A DNA stretch of 63,634 nucleotides, counting the filler, from Octopus bimaculoides (Eukaryota), in the NCBI RefSeq assembly GCF_001194135.2. It is 6 parts of 5 records of this genome, joined end to end, with 100 filler letters (N's around TTAATTAATTAA, not from the genome) between each part and the next. Parts side by side here need not be neighbours in the genome. Positions count along the whole stretch, not along the records: positions 23,507 to 44,204 come from NC_068985.1; 5 more parts are not named here. The stretch is one strand, 5' to 3'. The notes beneath the pieces were generated by a model. The model did no database searches. It had not been told where the DNA came from and saw only the letters and a list, made by a program, of their open reading frames with translations. The translations under genes and the position numbers were made by a program. Shown piece after piece: positions 28,319 to 41,070 of the stretch; within the stretch, counting starts at the first letter, position 1; each line of letters opens with the position of its first letter.

Positions 28319-29024
28319 AGATGGAGGGTGGGAAACTTAATGTTGTCACCTGAAGATTTATATTAAATTTTGTTCAGTATTTAAATGAAAAAAAATCCTA
28401 TAAGTATTGTTTTGTCATAGGACCTAACTACCACTAAATGAAGGTTCAGAGATATGGGGAACTAATGCATGTTGTTGCCAAAGAATACAATATGTAGCAA
28501 ACCCAAAGACCCAGGTGTTAGTTTAATACTTGCATGAAGTTTAATCACTTAATGTGCCAAGAAATAGCAGTCAGATTTCCCTCAAATCAAATTTTAGTAC
28601 AAGTGTAGCCAACCGTCACTCATGAGTGAGTATGGTTTAGTAACATGTACCATGCTTTACCATTCTCACCCACAATGGCAGAACCGGTGAAGATCCCATC
28701 TGTGGATTGAACAGACTTTTACTGGTGCAGTGTCTGTAAAAGTGTCTGCACAGTGCCATGTAACATTCCAGTCATGCCATGGCTGGAATGTTTTTGATCA
28801 TAGGTTTGCAGAGTCAGTACTAAAATGGGATGAAACATCCTCAATAAAATATTTCTTACATTGGCATAAGGCCTCAGAATTATGGGCGTGTCGTACAGTT
28901 TATTGAAATGGCCCCTTAACTATTTTGATGATCACAAAGTAATGAAAGAACAAAGCCAGTTCTATTGAAATCTGAACTCAGAATACAAACATGTCCAACT
29001 GAATATTGAAAAATACTTAGCCGT

Positions 29025-29437
29025 AGGCGTAGGAGTGACTGTGTGGTAAGTAACTTGCTTACGAACCGCATGGTTCCGGGTTCAGTCCCACTGCGTGGCA
29101 CTTTGGGCAAGTGTCTTCTACTATAGCCGCTGGCCGACCAAAGCCTTGTCTGTGGATTTGGTAGACAGAAACTGAAAGAAGCCCGTCGTATATATGTATG
29201 TATATATGTATGTGTGTTTGTGTGTCTGTGTTTGTCCCCCCAACATCGCTTGACAACTGATGCTGGTGTGTTTACGTGCCCGTAATTTAGCGGTTCGGTA
29301 AAAGAGACCGATAGAATAAGTACTAGGCTTACAAAGAGTAAGTCCTGGGGTCGATTTGCTCAACTAAAGGCGGTGCTCCAGCATGGCCACAGTCAAATGA
29401 CTGAAACAAGTAAAAGAGTAAAGAGAGAGTAAGAGAG
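29025..29437 (+). mobile_element. tRNA-derived SINE family A, near full length
   Basis: A/B-box-like head (gtgtggtaag...ggttcagtccc), ccttgggcaagtgtcttct core, internal (TA/TG)n, and tail gactgaaacaagtaaaagag. Related degraded copies lie near 14176, 14580(-), 16045, 19770, 20225-20905(-), 51885, 52760, 54120, 58060(-), 60375, 61640 and 62225(-). Confidence 0.88.
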
Positions 29438-29883
29438 TCCAGCACACTGTCATTTTAGCAACTCCACTGGTTAACTATTAACAAAAACAACTGCAGCAGC
29501 AGCAACAACAACAACAGCAGTTTCTTATATTCAGACAAGGCGACATTTGTGGGCCAGGTTAATAAATCAAATTCATCTCAGGACTTAATTTATGAAGACA
29601 AGGAGTTCAGGCTTACCAGGGTTTAGTTTTATGTCATTTTGACAGTAGCAGTGCTAGTGGTGTTGGTGTTGGTGGTAACAGTAGCATCAGCAACAACAAT
29701 ATCAACAAAAATATTAAAAATAGTTTCTAGCATAAGCACAATGCTAGAAATTTCTTGATTTTTTTCTTTTTCATGTTGGGTTTGATGGGTCAGAGTGACC
29801 CTGTCTATTAGATCAATCTCAGTATTTGATTTATTTATTTAAGCAATCATGAGAAGCTAAAAAGCAAAGACGACTCTTTTATT

Positions 29884-29917
<34 letters not shown>

Positions 29918-31689
29918 TGTTATGTCCGGTCACTTATGAGACTCTCACATGTGCTACTGGTAGAACCTGTTGCATGGTCGGGTTGTTGGCGACTAAACTG
30001 ACACCCCTACCAGGGTACCCTGATGAGGAGGGTTGCTAGAAATCCAGCAGCATTAAAAACAAGACTTGTTGAAAGGTTGGATGAACCTAGTGCAGGCTCA
30101 ACGGCTATATAGCAATAGCATGGGTGTGCAGAAATTCCGGGATGGTGTCTGGCATGCTAGAAGACTGCTGGGAATGAAGGATGTCTCTAGGAGAAGGTCA
30201 CTCTGATATAAAACCAGATATGCAGGGAATGGCATTGGACATTTTGGGGATCTTTGGTTTGTGCTAGAGATCATGGCACTCCCACATCTCTGAGCCTGTG
30301 ACTCATAGTGGCACCAGACATCTCGCTCTGGCTTGTCTTTGGATAATATCAATAGAGTGGAGAGAGTCTATGAGGTGTCATGCAAGCCTTATTGGATCTA
30401 AAACTCTGCACAGACATTGCTAACCTCTGCTTGATATGTGCTGCTCTTTTTTTGTTTCCCCTATATATATTTATTTTCAGCATATATATGTATCTTTACT
30501 TTTAGTATATATTTATTTATTACTAGTATATATTTATTTTATTCTTATTCGGAAGTCCTGTGGCTATGGAAAGGTGGTGAAGCATGCAGACCTGACAGGT
30601 TGGAAGCATACAGCCAGCGATCTGCATGTAGGTGGCCCATGGTAGATATAAAGTCACCTCCTTGTTGCCCAGGACAGCGACAGGATTTGGTTGGTGCATG
30701 TGTGTCTGAGCAGCTCCATTTGGAGAGGGCACTGCTCAGCCAGAGGCAGGGGTGGGTCTAGAAAAGGTGAACCAAAAATTGCCTGTCATTCTATATCGGG
30801 TCAGTATCTTTCTGTTTTAGTCAAAAAGCCTTGAGGTCCTGTTGGAACAAAACAGGGAGGAATCAAGAAAGAAGATGAAGTAGGATTGGAAGCTGTAATG
30901 GAGTCGTAGTGGGAGAAAGAGGAAACACGTAGAATTGAGGGGGAATATTAGTTGGAGGTAAAGAAACATTTTTAAACACTTTGCTAATCTGTGACTGGAA
31001 ACTCCCTGTTTTTCTTTCTCCTTCAGTTACTGTTTAAATCTCCCTCTCTTTCCTTTTCTCTCTTTCTCTTCCAATCTTTCACACACATCCCTATTCCTCT
31101 TTCTTACTCATATCTCTTTCTCTCTCTGTCTTACTCTAGTTCTCTTTCTCTATGTACCTTGCTCTATTTCTCTTTCTCTCTCACTCTTCCACACACATGC
31201 ATGAGCACACACACATATGCATGCACGCACACATGCATGCATAAAATCTTTCTCACTCATCTCTCTTGTTTGGGACTCAATGTCTTCTTACTCCCTCCCT
31301 CCCACCTTTTGTTCCTTATATCACTTTCCCATTGCTATCTGCCTCTCTATCTCTCTCCCTCTCACACATCAGTTCATCAGCCAGTTATCTTATGCATGTT
31401 TGCATCCTCAATGGTAGTTCTAGTTTAGTATTCTTCATTGTTTTTCAGTAGAAACTTAAAAGCCAAGAATATTTTTTCAAATCAGAAAATTATCATACAA
31501 ATTTTTGCCCTTTTTAAAATCACCCTTGTACTTATTGGTGCATTATATCATTTTAATCCTTGATCCATACATCAAAGAGCCATCCCATATTTTGGTATCA
31601 CATTTGATCAATGAAAAAATAAGGCCTGAGCAGTTAACAGAGTAACTTTTTGAGTACTTGACTTGATTTTCTCTCAGTTATTTATTGTT

Positions 31690-31830
31690 CCAACTATAGA
31701 TGTTGCAAGCCTTGATGTTTTGATAATGAAGCTCATTATTTTTATCCCACATCTGTCCTTTTTAAAGCATCAAATTTAATATCCAGTGTAATCCTTTTAT
31801 GGTTCCTTTTTACAACACTACCTTTAATTC
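31690..31830 (-). mobile_element. pogo/Tigger-like transposase N-terminal HTH remnant
   Basis: Minus strand reads KRNHKRITLDIKFDALKR and, after a frameshift, ATSIVGTI, resembling the CENP-B/pogo psq HTH. Short and degraded. Confidence 0.45.
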
Positions 31831-31864
31831 CACTTAAAGGCTTCCTTCCAGGCATGGCCTTCAT

Positions 31865-32251
31865 GTTCCCCAGACTTGACTAGCCCAGATTTGACTAGCC
31901 CAGATTTCTTCTTGTGGGAATACCTGTAAGAGAAGGTTTACATCAACAAACCAGAGACACTGGAGCAACCGAAGGAGAACATCAATAGAGAAATCAGAGA
32001 AGTGGGGTCTGAAACTCTTGAGGGTGTTATGGTGCAAGTCTTGGAAAGAGCATGGGTGTGTGAAGCTGAAAATGGCTGCCATTTAAGCAATGTCATTTTC
32101 CATATGTGATGTAGTGGTGTTGCAAAATTTGTCTTGTGCATATTAATTTCTATTATGTCCTTTATATTGTATCAAAATTTCATGCATTTATTTGTAAAGT
32201 TAAGGAAGTTATTAAAAACTGAAACCCATCAGTGACTATTGGGACACCCTG
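31865..32251 (+). mobile_element. 3' end of a Tc1/mariner-superfamily element (rosa DD41D or maT DD37D-like) with right TIR
   Basis: Reads SPDLTSPDFFLWEYL*EKVYINKPETLEQPKENINREI. It ends ...GGGACACCCTG|TA (TIR CAGGGTGTCCC followed by TA). The subfamily cannot be fixed because the D-D spacing is absent. Confidence 0.75.
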
Positions 32252-32486
32252 TATGTGTGTGTGTATGAAAGATAGTCATCTTCATCATTTAACATTCAGA
32301 CAAAATTTGTTGAGGCAGATTTTTCCACAACCCTTCAGGTTGCCAACCCTGATTTGTTTCTCAACAAGGTGATATTTTCCCAAGGATATGGCCATGGCCT
32401 GACCAGTTTACAAGGAAGACTGGAAATGAAGGAAATTGCTCTCATGACTGTGATGTTTATTTACAATCATCACATGAAGTCACAAG

Positions 32487-32520
<34 letters not shown>

Positions 32521-32530
32521 CATGCATACA

Positions 32531-32710
32531 TACAACTTAAAAATTAAAACAGCCCCCAAGATAAAACACAACCAGCCAGATATTGTTGTGTGGGACCACA
32601 AAGAAAAGATATGTTCTGTTGTGGAAATCAAGCTGCCTTCTGGACACTAATTGGACACTAATATGGTTAAAAATTACAAGAGACAGAGGACATCTATTGA
32701 TCGTTGTATA
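32531..32710 (+). mobile_element. RLE non-LTR retrotransposon endonuclease remnant, similar to 6290-6620
   Basis: Reads YNLKIKTAPKIKHNQPDIVVWDHKEKICSVVEIK (RxPDIVV...E motif). Confidence 0.75.
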
Positions 32711-33123
32711 TACACATAAAACTGAAGTATAAACTTACAAAGGACAGTTCAATGACACACAGCCAAAAAAAGGTCATACTCAAACTATCATTTTCATATT
32801 TTCTAGTTAACAATAAGAATGCCTCACTCTATACTGTGTGTAACTCCCAGGCCAGTCAACTGAATGATTGCTTAAACATTGTCTGTGGTGTCCTGATATA
32901 ATAATTACACCTAAGTTATGATGTCAGTTGTCAGCTAAATTATTACATTACCTCTAATATGTCAAGAATGTATGAACATAGATAGAAATCTAACCACACC
33001 AGGATCAAATGATTTGTTTTTCTTATTTATTTGCAAAGGTTGCTCAGCTATTTTTGATTTCTCACCTTACTGTGTTGTGTCAGCATTTAGATATAAAGTT
33101 GTGCAGTACAGGGTGTATATATG

Positions 33124-33173
<50 letters not shown>

Positions 33174-33582
33174 NNNNNNNNNNNNNNNNNNNNNNNNNNN
33201 NNNNNNNNNNNNNNNNNNNNNNNNNNNNNNNNNNNNNNNNNNNNNNNNNNNNNNNNNNNNNNNNNNNNNNNNNNNNNNNNNNNNNNNNNNNNNNNNNNNN
33301 NNNNNNNNNNNNNNNNNNNNNNNNNNNNNNNNNNNNNNNNNNNNNNNNNNNNNNNNNNNNNNNNNNNNNNNNNNNNNNNNNNNNNNNNNNNNNNNNNNNN
33401 NNNNNNNNNNNNNNNNNNNNNNNNNNNNNNNNNNNNNNNNNNNNNNNNNNNNNNNNNNNNNNNNNNNNNNNNNNNNNNNNNNNNNNNNNNNNNGAGAGAG
33501 AGAGAGAGAGAGTAGAGAGAGATAGAGAGAAGAGAGAGAGAAGAGAGAGAGAGAGAAGAGAGAGAGAAGATAGAGAGAGAAG

Positions 33583-33629
<47 letters not shown>

Positions 33630-34927
33630 AGAGAGAGAGAGAAGAGAGAGAGAGAGAGACTGTACTGCACAAAATTGTAAATGTTTATGTGTATGTATGA
33701 GTGTAAGTGTATGTTATGTTTGTATACATGTGCATCAATTTTAAATAACCCCTTGGTACTTCAAATACAACTGTCAAGTTTTGAAACTACATTTATAGAA
33801 TCAATGAACTAGAAAAATAATGTTTATTGGCATTGTAAACCCCACTATCATATACAGCATTTTAAGAGCTCAACTCCCCATTGTTGATGATTTTGCTTCT
33901 TTGGCTATAAATATGGCACACTCTCTAGAGGGATTGGCAAATGAAAGGAGAAAGTATAGTCTTGCCACATATGTGTCACTAAATAAAATGCAGCCAGTAA
34001 ATTCTGTAAAATGGCTGGTGACAGGAAGAACATCCAGCCATGGAAGCCAAGCCAAATGGGTACATATGACCACCACACTGTATCAACCTGTCCATCCAAT
34101 GCCAGCATGGAAAGTGGATGTAATATGATGATGATGATGACGATGATGACGGCGACGAGGAGTGGTAGTTTTAGGAGGTAGATGCACGTGGCTGGCAGCA
34201 TGCAAATTCTAATTTATTCGAGATCGTTCCATCAGAGAAAGAATTAAAATTTTATTCTGTAAGGTTTGTTATGAAACAGTTCTGATAGTTGTAAGTAATG
34301 GACAATAACAGAAACATTAACTGAAAAAATAAATGCTTGACATTTATTTACCCTTTTTTTATGTTTTGTAATTGGAATTAATTTTCTTGAAAGAATAAAT
34401 AAGGATTTCTAACATAGGTACAAGGCCAAAATTTTGTAGGTGGGAGCAGAGCAGACATCTGTCTGCTCTGCTCCCATTGTTTCACAAGTACTTCTCAAGA
34501 GTAAAATAACTGTTTCCACCATAATCATAATGCCTGAAATTTTGAGGGAAGAGATTAGTCAGTTACACTGGCCTCGGTGCTCAACTGTGGTACTTATTTT
34601 ATCGCCCTCAGAATTTGGACTCAGAATGTAAAACCGGAAGAAATGCTATGAGGCATTCTGTCTGGCATGATAATGATTCTGCCAGTTTGATGACCTTTAA
34701 GAATAAAATAATGAATGGATTATTAATGAAAGAATACAGATTTTCAGTTGATAATATTTTACAATAGAAAAATTAATGTTTGTTGGACATATTTTGAGAA
34801 GACCAAATGTACCATTGGCTACTCTTCTGAATCACAAAAATTGAGCTCACAGAACTGTATCATGTAGGAGAAGTATTGTGAAAAAAACATTCATGTATCA
34901 AGTTAAGGAGGATCTACTCAAATACAT

Positions 34928-35054
34928 TGTTAGATTTAATGATACTGCTGACCATTGTGACAAACATTCATTAATCAAGTTGTTGAATTTAGGCAGATAT
35001 GATGTTACATTTAATTATACTGCTGAACATTGTGATAAACATTCATTAACCAAG
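34928..35054. repeat. Two-copy tandem duplication, period about 75 nt
   Basis: tgttagatttaatgatactgctgaccattgtgacaaacattcattaatcaag versus tgttacatttaattatactgctgaacattgtgataaacattcattaaccaag. Confidence 0.85.
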
Positions 35055-35970
35055 CTAATAAGGATCTAGTCAAATATACCGTTAGGTTTAACTCATTGAC
35101 TGTATGATTAAATTTAGAGGTCATTTCCCTTAATGATGTTAGTTATCCATCAAAAAATAGAACTGCTATTTTCTGCAAGTCATATCACCTCATAATAAAC
35201 ATGAGACATAACTCAACAAAAGTTAGTTCTAATGGGAAATATCTCAACAAAAGATAAACTGGTGTATAAAACTGCTTTCTATTGTTCACAGTAGTAAAAT
35301 TTTGAGTGATATGACTGATTTATTTCCACATTAAAAGCATTAAGGATACTAGTGACCTTTGTGAAAACCATCTATTTACCAAGTTGATGAGAATGTAGTG
35401 TGATGCTGCTGGAAGAGTCGTTAGCACACCAGGAAAAATGCTTAGTGGCATTTTGTCCATCTTTACATTCTGAGTTCAAATGCTACTGAGGCTGGTTTTG
35501 CCTTCCATCCTTTCAAGGTCGATAAAATAATTGAATACTTGGGTCTAATATATAATGAGATGGATGCATCCTATGTGCCCATGAAGTTTTAAGCCAGACA
35601 GAGGTAAATTAAACTGTTATTAAAAATATATTCAACTGCTACCAAATGTATTGAGTACAACACATTTTTGCTTGTCCACTTTTGCTTGTCCACTACCAAC
35701 CACTTTATAGAGAGCACTGAGTTTTTTTTTTTTTCTTATGACATTGCCACGAATGAGGTCACTAAGTAATTTGCAAGACAAGATGTCTTGACGTGCCACA
35801 ATAATGAGAGAGATGGGTTTGTGACAAGAGTTTGAGTGCGTGGCAGAAGGACATATTTGCTGTAGAAGAGATACGTTGTTACCCCAACTGGAAAAGAAGA
35901 AAGGATGGTGAAGATAAAGTATCAGGGCATACTTCAAGCTACATGAAAGTGGATAAAGAGAGAACAGGGT

Positions 35971-36019
<49 letters not shown>

Positions 36020-36025
<6 letters not shown>

Positions 36026-36600
36026 GTTCTTGAATGTGTGCAAGGAGAGTGATAGATGGAGATAAAAGTGAGTGCAGTGAAGAAGTGAATGGTGAACATG
36101 GACGGAAGCATAATAAATGGCAAATCTTAGTTTGGAGAAAGGAAAACAAGAGTGGGTCAGGTAGGAGGGGTTGATAATAGGTGGGAAAGTATAATAAAAC
36201 TGTGGACAGATGAGAAATAGGGGGATGATGTAAAATATAGGGGAGAGAGAAGATGCACAGTAGCAAAGATGGAGATCATAGGCACTTAGAGATGGATATA
36301 GTTAGCTGGAAAAAAAAAGGTGGGTGGGGCGTTGATGGCAGATATGAGAGGGTGTTTAGGAGAAATGGGCATGCAAAAGTGGTAAGGAATGATGTTGAGA
36401 GTGCAGAATAGGTGACAATGGAAGCAGTTCCAAAGACACAGCTCACTAGTAGCACAAAAGTGGGGGAGGAATATATGCAGTTTTGTTCTTATATTTTTAT
36501 AGCATCTGAGGAAATGGTAGAATAGAAAGGCAAAGGAAGGATGGGAGTTATGAAGATGAGTTGTGTGGAAAGTTTGACAGGTTCAGATAGAGTGTGGTGT
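36020..36600 (-). mobile_element. Heavily degraded retroelement fragment, possibly Penelope-like
   Basis: Purine-rich plus strand like 8468-8851. The minus strand contains PKHPLISAINAP, reminiscent of the PLE motif PGRPIIS..N.PT. Otherwise not alignable by eye. Confidence 0.3.
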
Positions 36601-36639
36601 ATAGATATTAACGATGTGCTTTTAGGATCCCATTTTTAC

Positions 36640-37280
36640 TGAAATGCATGAGTCTTCTTGAGCATGACAAATTACCGATCAGCTTGATATTTTGTTATCT
36701 CCTCCACAAAGCTCATCAACCCAAGGTTGATCTTCACCACTTTGTCACATGTCTACCTGACTCTCCTTCCATAAGTTCCATCAACATCTAGTGATCAATA
36801 TTTTTTAATGCATCTGTCCTCACCCATAAACATCACATGACCAAACTAGTGCAGTCTTCTCTCTTGTACACTACAATTAATGTCTCTTATACCCAATTTT
36901 TCTCTCACCACATTTGAACTTTGTTGTATATGCACACTGGCATTGTACATCCAGTGAAACATGATAACTTCATTTCTTTATAGTTTTCACATGTCCTCTG
37001 CATTCACGGTCCATGTTTCATCACCATGTAGCATTGGTGTCCATACGCAAGCATCATACAATCTGTCTTTCACTCGGCGAGATAGGCTATTTGGTACCAA
37101 CAGAGGTAATAACTCTCTGAAATTTCCCCTCAGCTAGTTCATATTCTAGCAACTATATTTTCACAACATCTTCATCCACTACTCATTAGGTCATTTAGGT
37201 AACAGAAACTATTTACTACTTCCTTTGAGGATTCTCCTAGGTATTTGATAAAATGCTGTGACTAGTTTCTGTGTGAGGCA
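36640..37280 (-). mobile_element. RTE-clade LINE 3' fragment
   Basis: Reads EVVNSFCYL...CCENIVARI...KFRELLPLL...RVKDRLYDACV...MLHGDETWTVNAED...REKLGIRDINCSVQERRLH*FGHVM, with many stops. Confidence 0.82.
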
Positions 37281-38315
37281 AGTTTTATCTCTCATGTATT
37301 TAATTGCATAAAAACTTATGTACTCTTAGATATGCACAGGGATACATACTTTCCCTCTCTTTCTCTCTCTCCCTCATACACACAGACATGCACATCTATG
37401 TGAATAACTACACACATACATGACACATATAAAGTCACATATACACAACCCTACACAGTTACAACACATTCATTCATATACATATGCACAGAGGAGAGAA
37501 AAGGTATCAATTATACAATGGAAGTAGTGTTTTATTTCTCCTTAACTATTAGTTCAGAGCACAATTTGTGTATGAAAAGAAAGGAGACACAGACGTCTGA
37601 CCTTCAGACTGTAAATACATGTATAGATGTGTGTGTGTGTGTGTGTTTGCATATTGTTGTGGTGAGAGCCATTGACACCCCTGGGGGAATGGAAGAATGG
37701 ACTATTCAAACTCTTATAAAGAGTAGTGCATTGGTTGAGACAAGGGTCAGTAGAAGTTGTCGAGAGGGCGTTGTGGAGTCTCACAAAGTACGTCATGGAA
37801 ACACATTAATTTTACTTCTGCTTCATAAAATTATATATATGTCCAACGTCTGTCAAGGATATAAAACATATATAACAGTATATATGTGTGTGTGTGTATA
37901 TGCATATATATANNNNNNNNNNNNNNNNNNNNNNNNNNNNNNNNNNNNNNNNNNNNNNNNNNNNNNNNNNNNNNNNNNNNNNNNNNNNNNNNNNNNNNNN
38001 NNNNNNNNNNNNNNNNNNNNNNNNNNNNNNNNNNNNNNNNNNNNNNNNNNNNNNNNNNNNNNNNNNNNNNNNNNNNNNNNNNNNNNNNNNNNNNNNNNNN
38101 NNNNNNNNNNNNNNNNNNNNNNNNNNNNNNNNNNNNNNNNNNNNNNNNNNNNNNNNNNNNNNNNNNNNNNNNNNNNNNNNNNNNNNNNNNNNNNNNNNNN
38201 NNNNNNNNNNNNNNNNNNNNNNNNNNNNNNNNNNNNNNNNNNNNNNNNNNNNNNNNNNNNNNNNNNNNNNNNNNNNNNNNNNNNNNNNNNNNNNNNNNNN
38301 NNNNNNNNNNNNNNN

Positions 38316-38352
<37 letters not shown>

Positions 38353-38879
38353 GTAACGAAAAATTATTCAAGAAGCAACAGTGTAGGATCAATTTATTGA
38401 GCAATTACATTAAAGTATTAATTTGAAAGAGACAAGTTCCAAGGTCAATAACACTCCTTATCAAAGCCAACACCTCAAACACAGAGGGCATAAATAAGCC
38501 ATTATAAGCATGCAAACACTTAACATACAAAAAACATATATATACACATATAATAGTGTAATTCTATGCCCAAATTAAAGTTGGATAATTGCATAAATAC
38601 ATAGATAAATTAAGAAGTCGAAGCTGATGAGATAACAATTCATAATAATCCAAAAAGGGAAGTTCTCAAATGAATCCAATAAATAGATAGAGTCTTATGG
38701 CCGTTTCCAGGAATGTGTGAAGAAGTGTGTAGGTAAGACCTCTTGAACTTCGGTAATCCACATTTCCCTCATCAGAGATGAAGGAAATGTGGATTAAAAT
38801 ATCTGGCAGTGTAGGCTATAGTCTAGTCATCCATATAGTCAACCAGACACTCCAATAATGTTGTGGTATTTTCACTTAC

Positions 38880-39062
38880 CTCCTTCTTTTCATTGATAAC
38901 AGCTTTTACGATCAAATTTCCACCACCATATTTCCGATCCATTTGCAGTATGTCAATAAACCAGTTCGCAGCCTCAGTTTCCACATTTTTGTGAAGTTTT
39001 ACCACAATTTGTGGGTCAAAATTCGCTAATGGAATACTACTGCTGTTAATCTTTCTCTCCAT
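38880..39062 (-). CDS. ANO10: Anoctamin-10 (TMEM16K)-like, first coding exon
   Basis: Acceptor tcatttCAG| (exon starts 39076), ATG at 39062, donor GAG|GTAAGT at 38879. Reads MERKINSSSIPLANFDPQIVVKLHKNVETEAANWFIDILQMDRKYGGGNLIVKAVINEKKE, resembling the recalled ANO10 N-terminus [21 protein letters not shown]...KKKDGGAQLLFRPLLN. Downstream exons were not identified. Confidence 0.75.
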
Positions 39063-40702
39063 TCTGTTGCTTTATGCTGAAATGATATTAATATACATAT
39101 ATATATGCATGTGTAGATATGTGTGAGAGAGAGAGAGAGAGAGAGAGAAAGAAAGAAAGAGAGTGGTGATAGAGTAGCGTAATATGAAAAGATCTTAGTA
39201 TAGGAAGTTAGTAAGCATCAAGCATGTACATGGCTTGTATAGATGACAAAAAGCAGAGTATAAATGATCAACAAAGTTTATTAACCATCGTAGGTTATAC
39301 GGTTCATTCCATATTGAAACAGATGGAAATTTCTTTAACTGCCTCCATACAACTTACAGTTTAGCAATGAAATATATACATGTAGGGAATATACATGTCA
39401 TGGAAACCAATAAACTGGTCCTTAAGGAAGGGTCTTTAGCCTTTATCCTGATGATTATGGATTTAAAAAAATCTTTACCTACAACCCATCAACATAACAT
39501 AACATTTTTATCATCCAACTATTTCTGAATTCACAAGAGGGAAGATGATTGGACATTCATAGAATATGGAAAATCATAGACTGACACAAATAAGAATAAA
39601 AACACCATACTTGATGGGTGGCAAGTCTCTCATATTAACACAGCCAAAAATCTCAGAAATTACATTGTACCATCTTAAAAAAAACAAAAAAAAACACATA
39701 TTGGAAAATTAACACTACTTTCTATGCTTTCATGGATTTCATGGAAGATTTGTTGCGGTAGATTTTTCTATGGCTAAGATGCTCTTCTTGTCACCCAACT
39801 CTCACTTGTTTCTAAACAAGGTAAATATTTCCTCATGACCAAACAATATTATGGCATTACTTTCACAGAAGATATTTTATGCACCTTCTGATACTATATA
39901 ACACCACTTACATAATCTTCCCACCACATCAGAATTGAGATTCTAAAACCGAGGTGTCAAGTAAAAAGGCAGTGGTGTAAGTGCTGGTGCCATGTAAAAA
40001 ACACTCAGTACACTCTGTAGTGTGGTTGGTGTTAGGAAGGGCATCTAGCTATAGAAACCAAGTTAAAACAGACTAAGGAACCTAGTGTGGACCCTGGCTT
40101 TACCAGTTCCTATCAGTTCCCATCCAACCTATGCCAGTATGAAAAATGGATGTTAAATGTTGATGATGATAATGATGACACTTACCTATCAATACTGTAT
40201 AACACTACTTAGACAACATATATTTTACACACTCACCTTGCAAAACTATATAACATGTCTTACACAGCACATATTTTACACACCCACCTACTAATATATA
40301 CACAATACATTTTCTACACAGTCACCTTCTTGTACTATAAATACTTCCACAACAAAGAGAAATGTTTCAACAAAGCAACAAGAAACAAACCAAGCAAATT
40401 CCAGGTAAAACACGAAACTCCTTTGCTATGGCATTAAAGAACTAGGGTTGCCAACCCTGGTAAAAATAGCAGTCAAGTTTCCCTCTAATGATATTCTGTA
40501 GTGTTTTACAAGGAAAGAATGCATTAAATAATGCAATCCGAGATGCCTTTACAGTTGTGGTTGAAAATATCTTTGATGTTAAGTTAACATTGGGAACAAT
40601 AACAACTACACAAATAAGACCACCACCACCACCACAACTATAAAAAGACAATATTTCATACACTTCAGGAACACAGAAGTGTATTTGGTATATCTGTCAA
40701 AA

Positions 40703-41020
40703 TAATAATAATCCTTTCTACTCTAGGCACAAGGCTTAAAATTTTGGGTGAGAGGGAAGTCAATTACATTGACCCCAGTACTCGACTGGTACTTATTTTA
40801 TCCACCCTGAAAGGATGTAAGGCAAAGCAGAAGCAGACCTTAGCAGTCTTTGAACTCAGAATATAAAGAGTCAGAAGGGTAACTCTACAAGGGTAGAGTT
40901 AGCAATGAGTTCAACAAGGCATCCAGGCAAATGTTCATCAGAGCATGGTTCTCAGGCCTCCAACAGTTTATTGCTGCCATGCATTTTATCTGACATGCTG
41001 ATGATTCTGCTAGCTTTCTG

Positions 41021-41070
<50 letters not shown>

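Noticed and set aside
30015-30050. Other CTGATGA...GAAA/GAAG matches (30022, 46630, 56512, 40935 minus strand)
   Set aside because: No convincing stems I, II and III around the core. The heptamer is expected by chance at this frequency.
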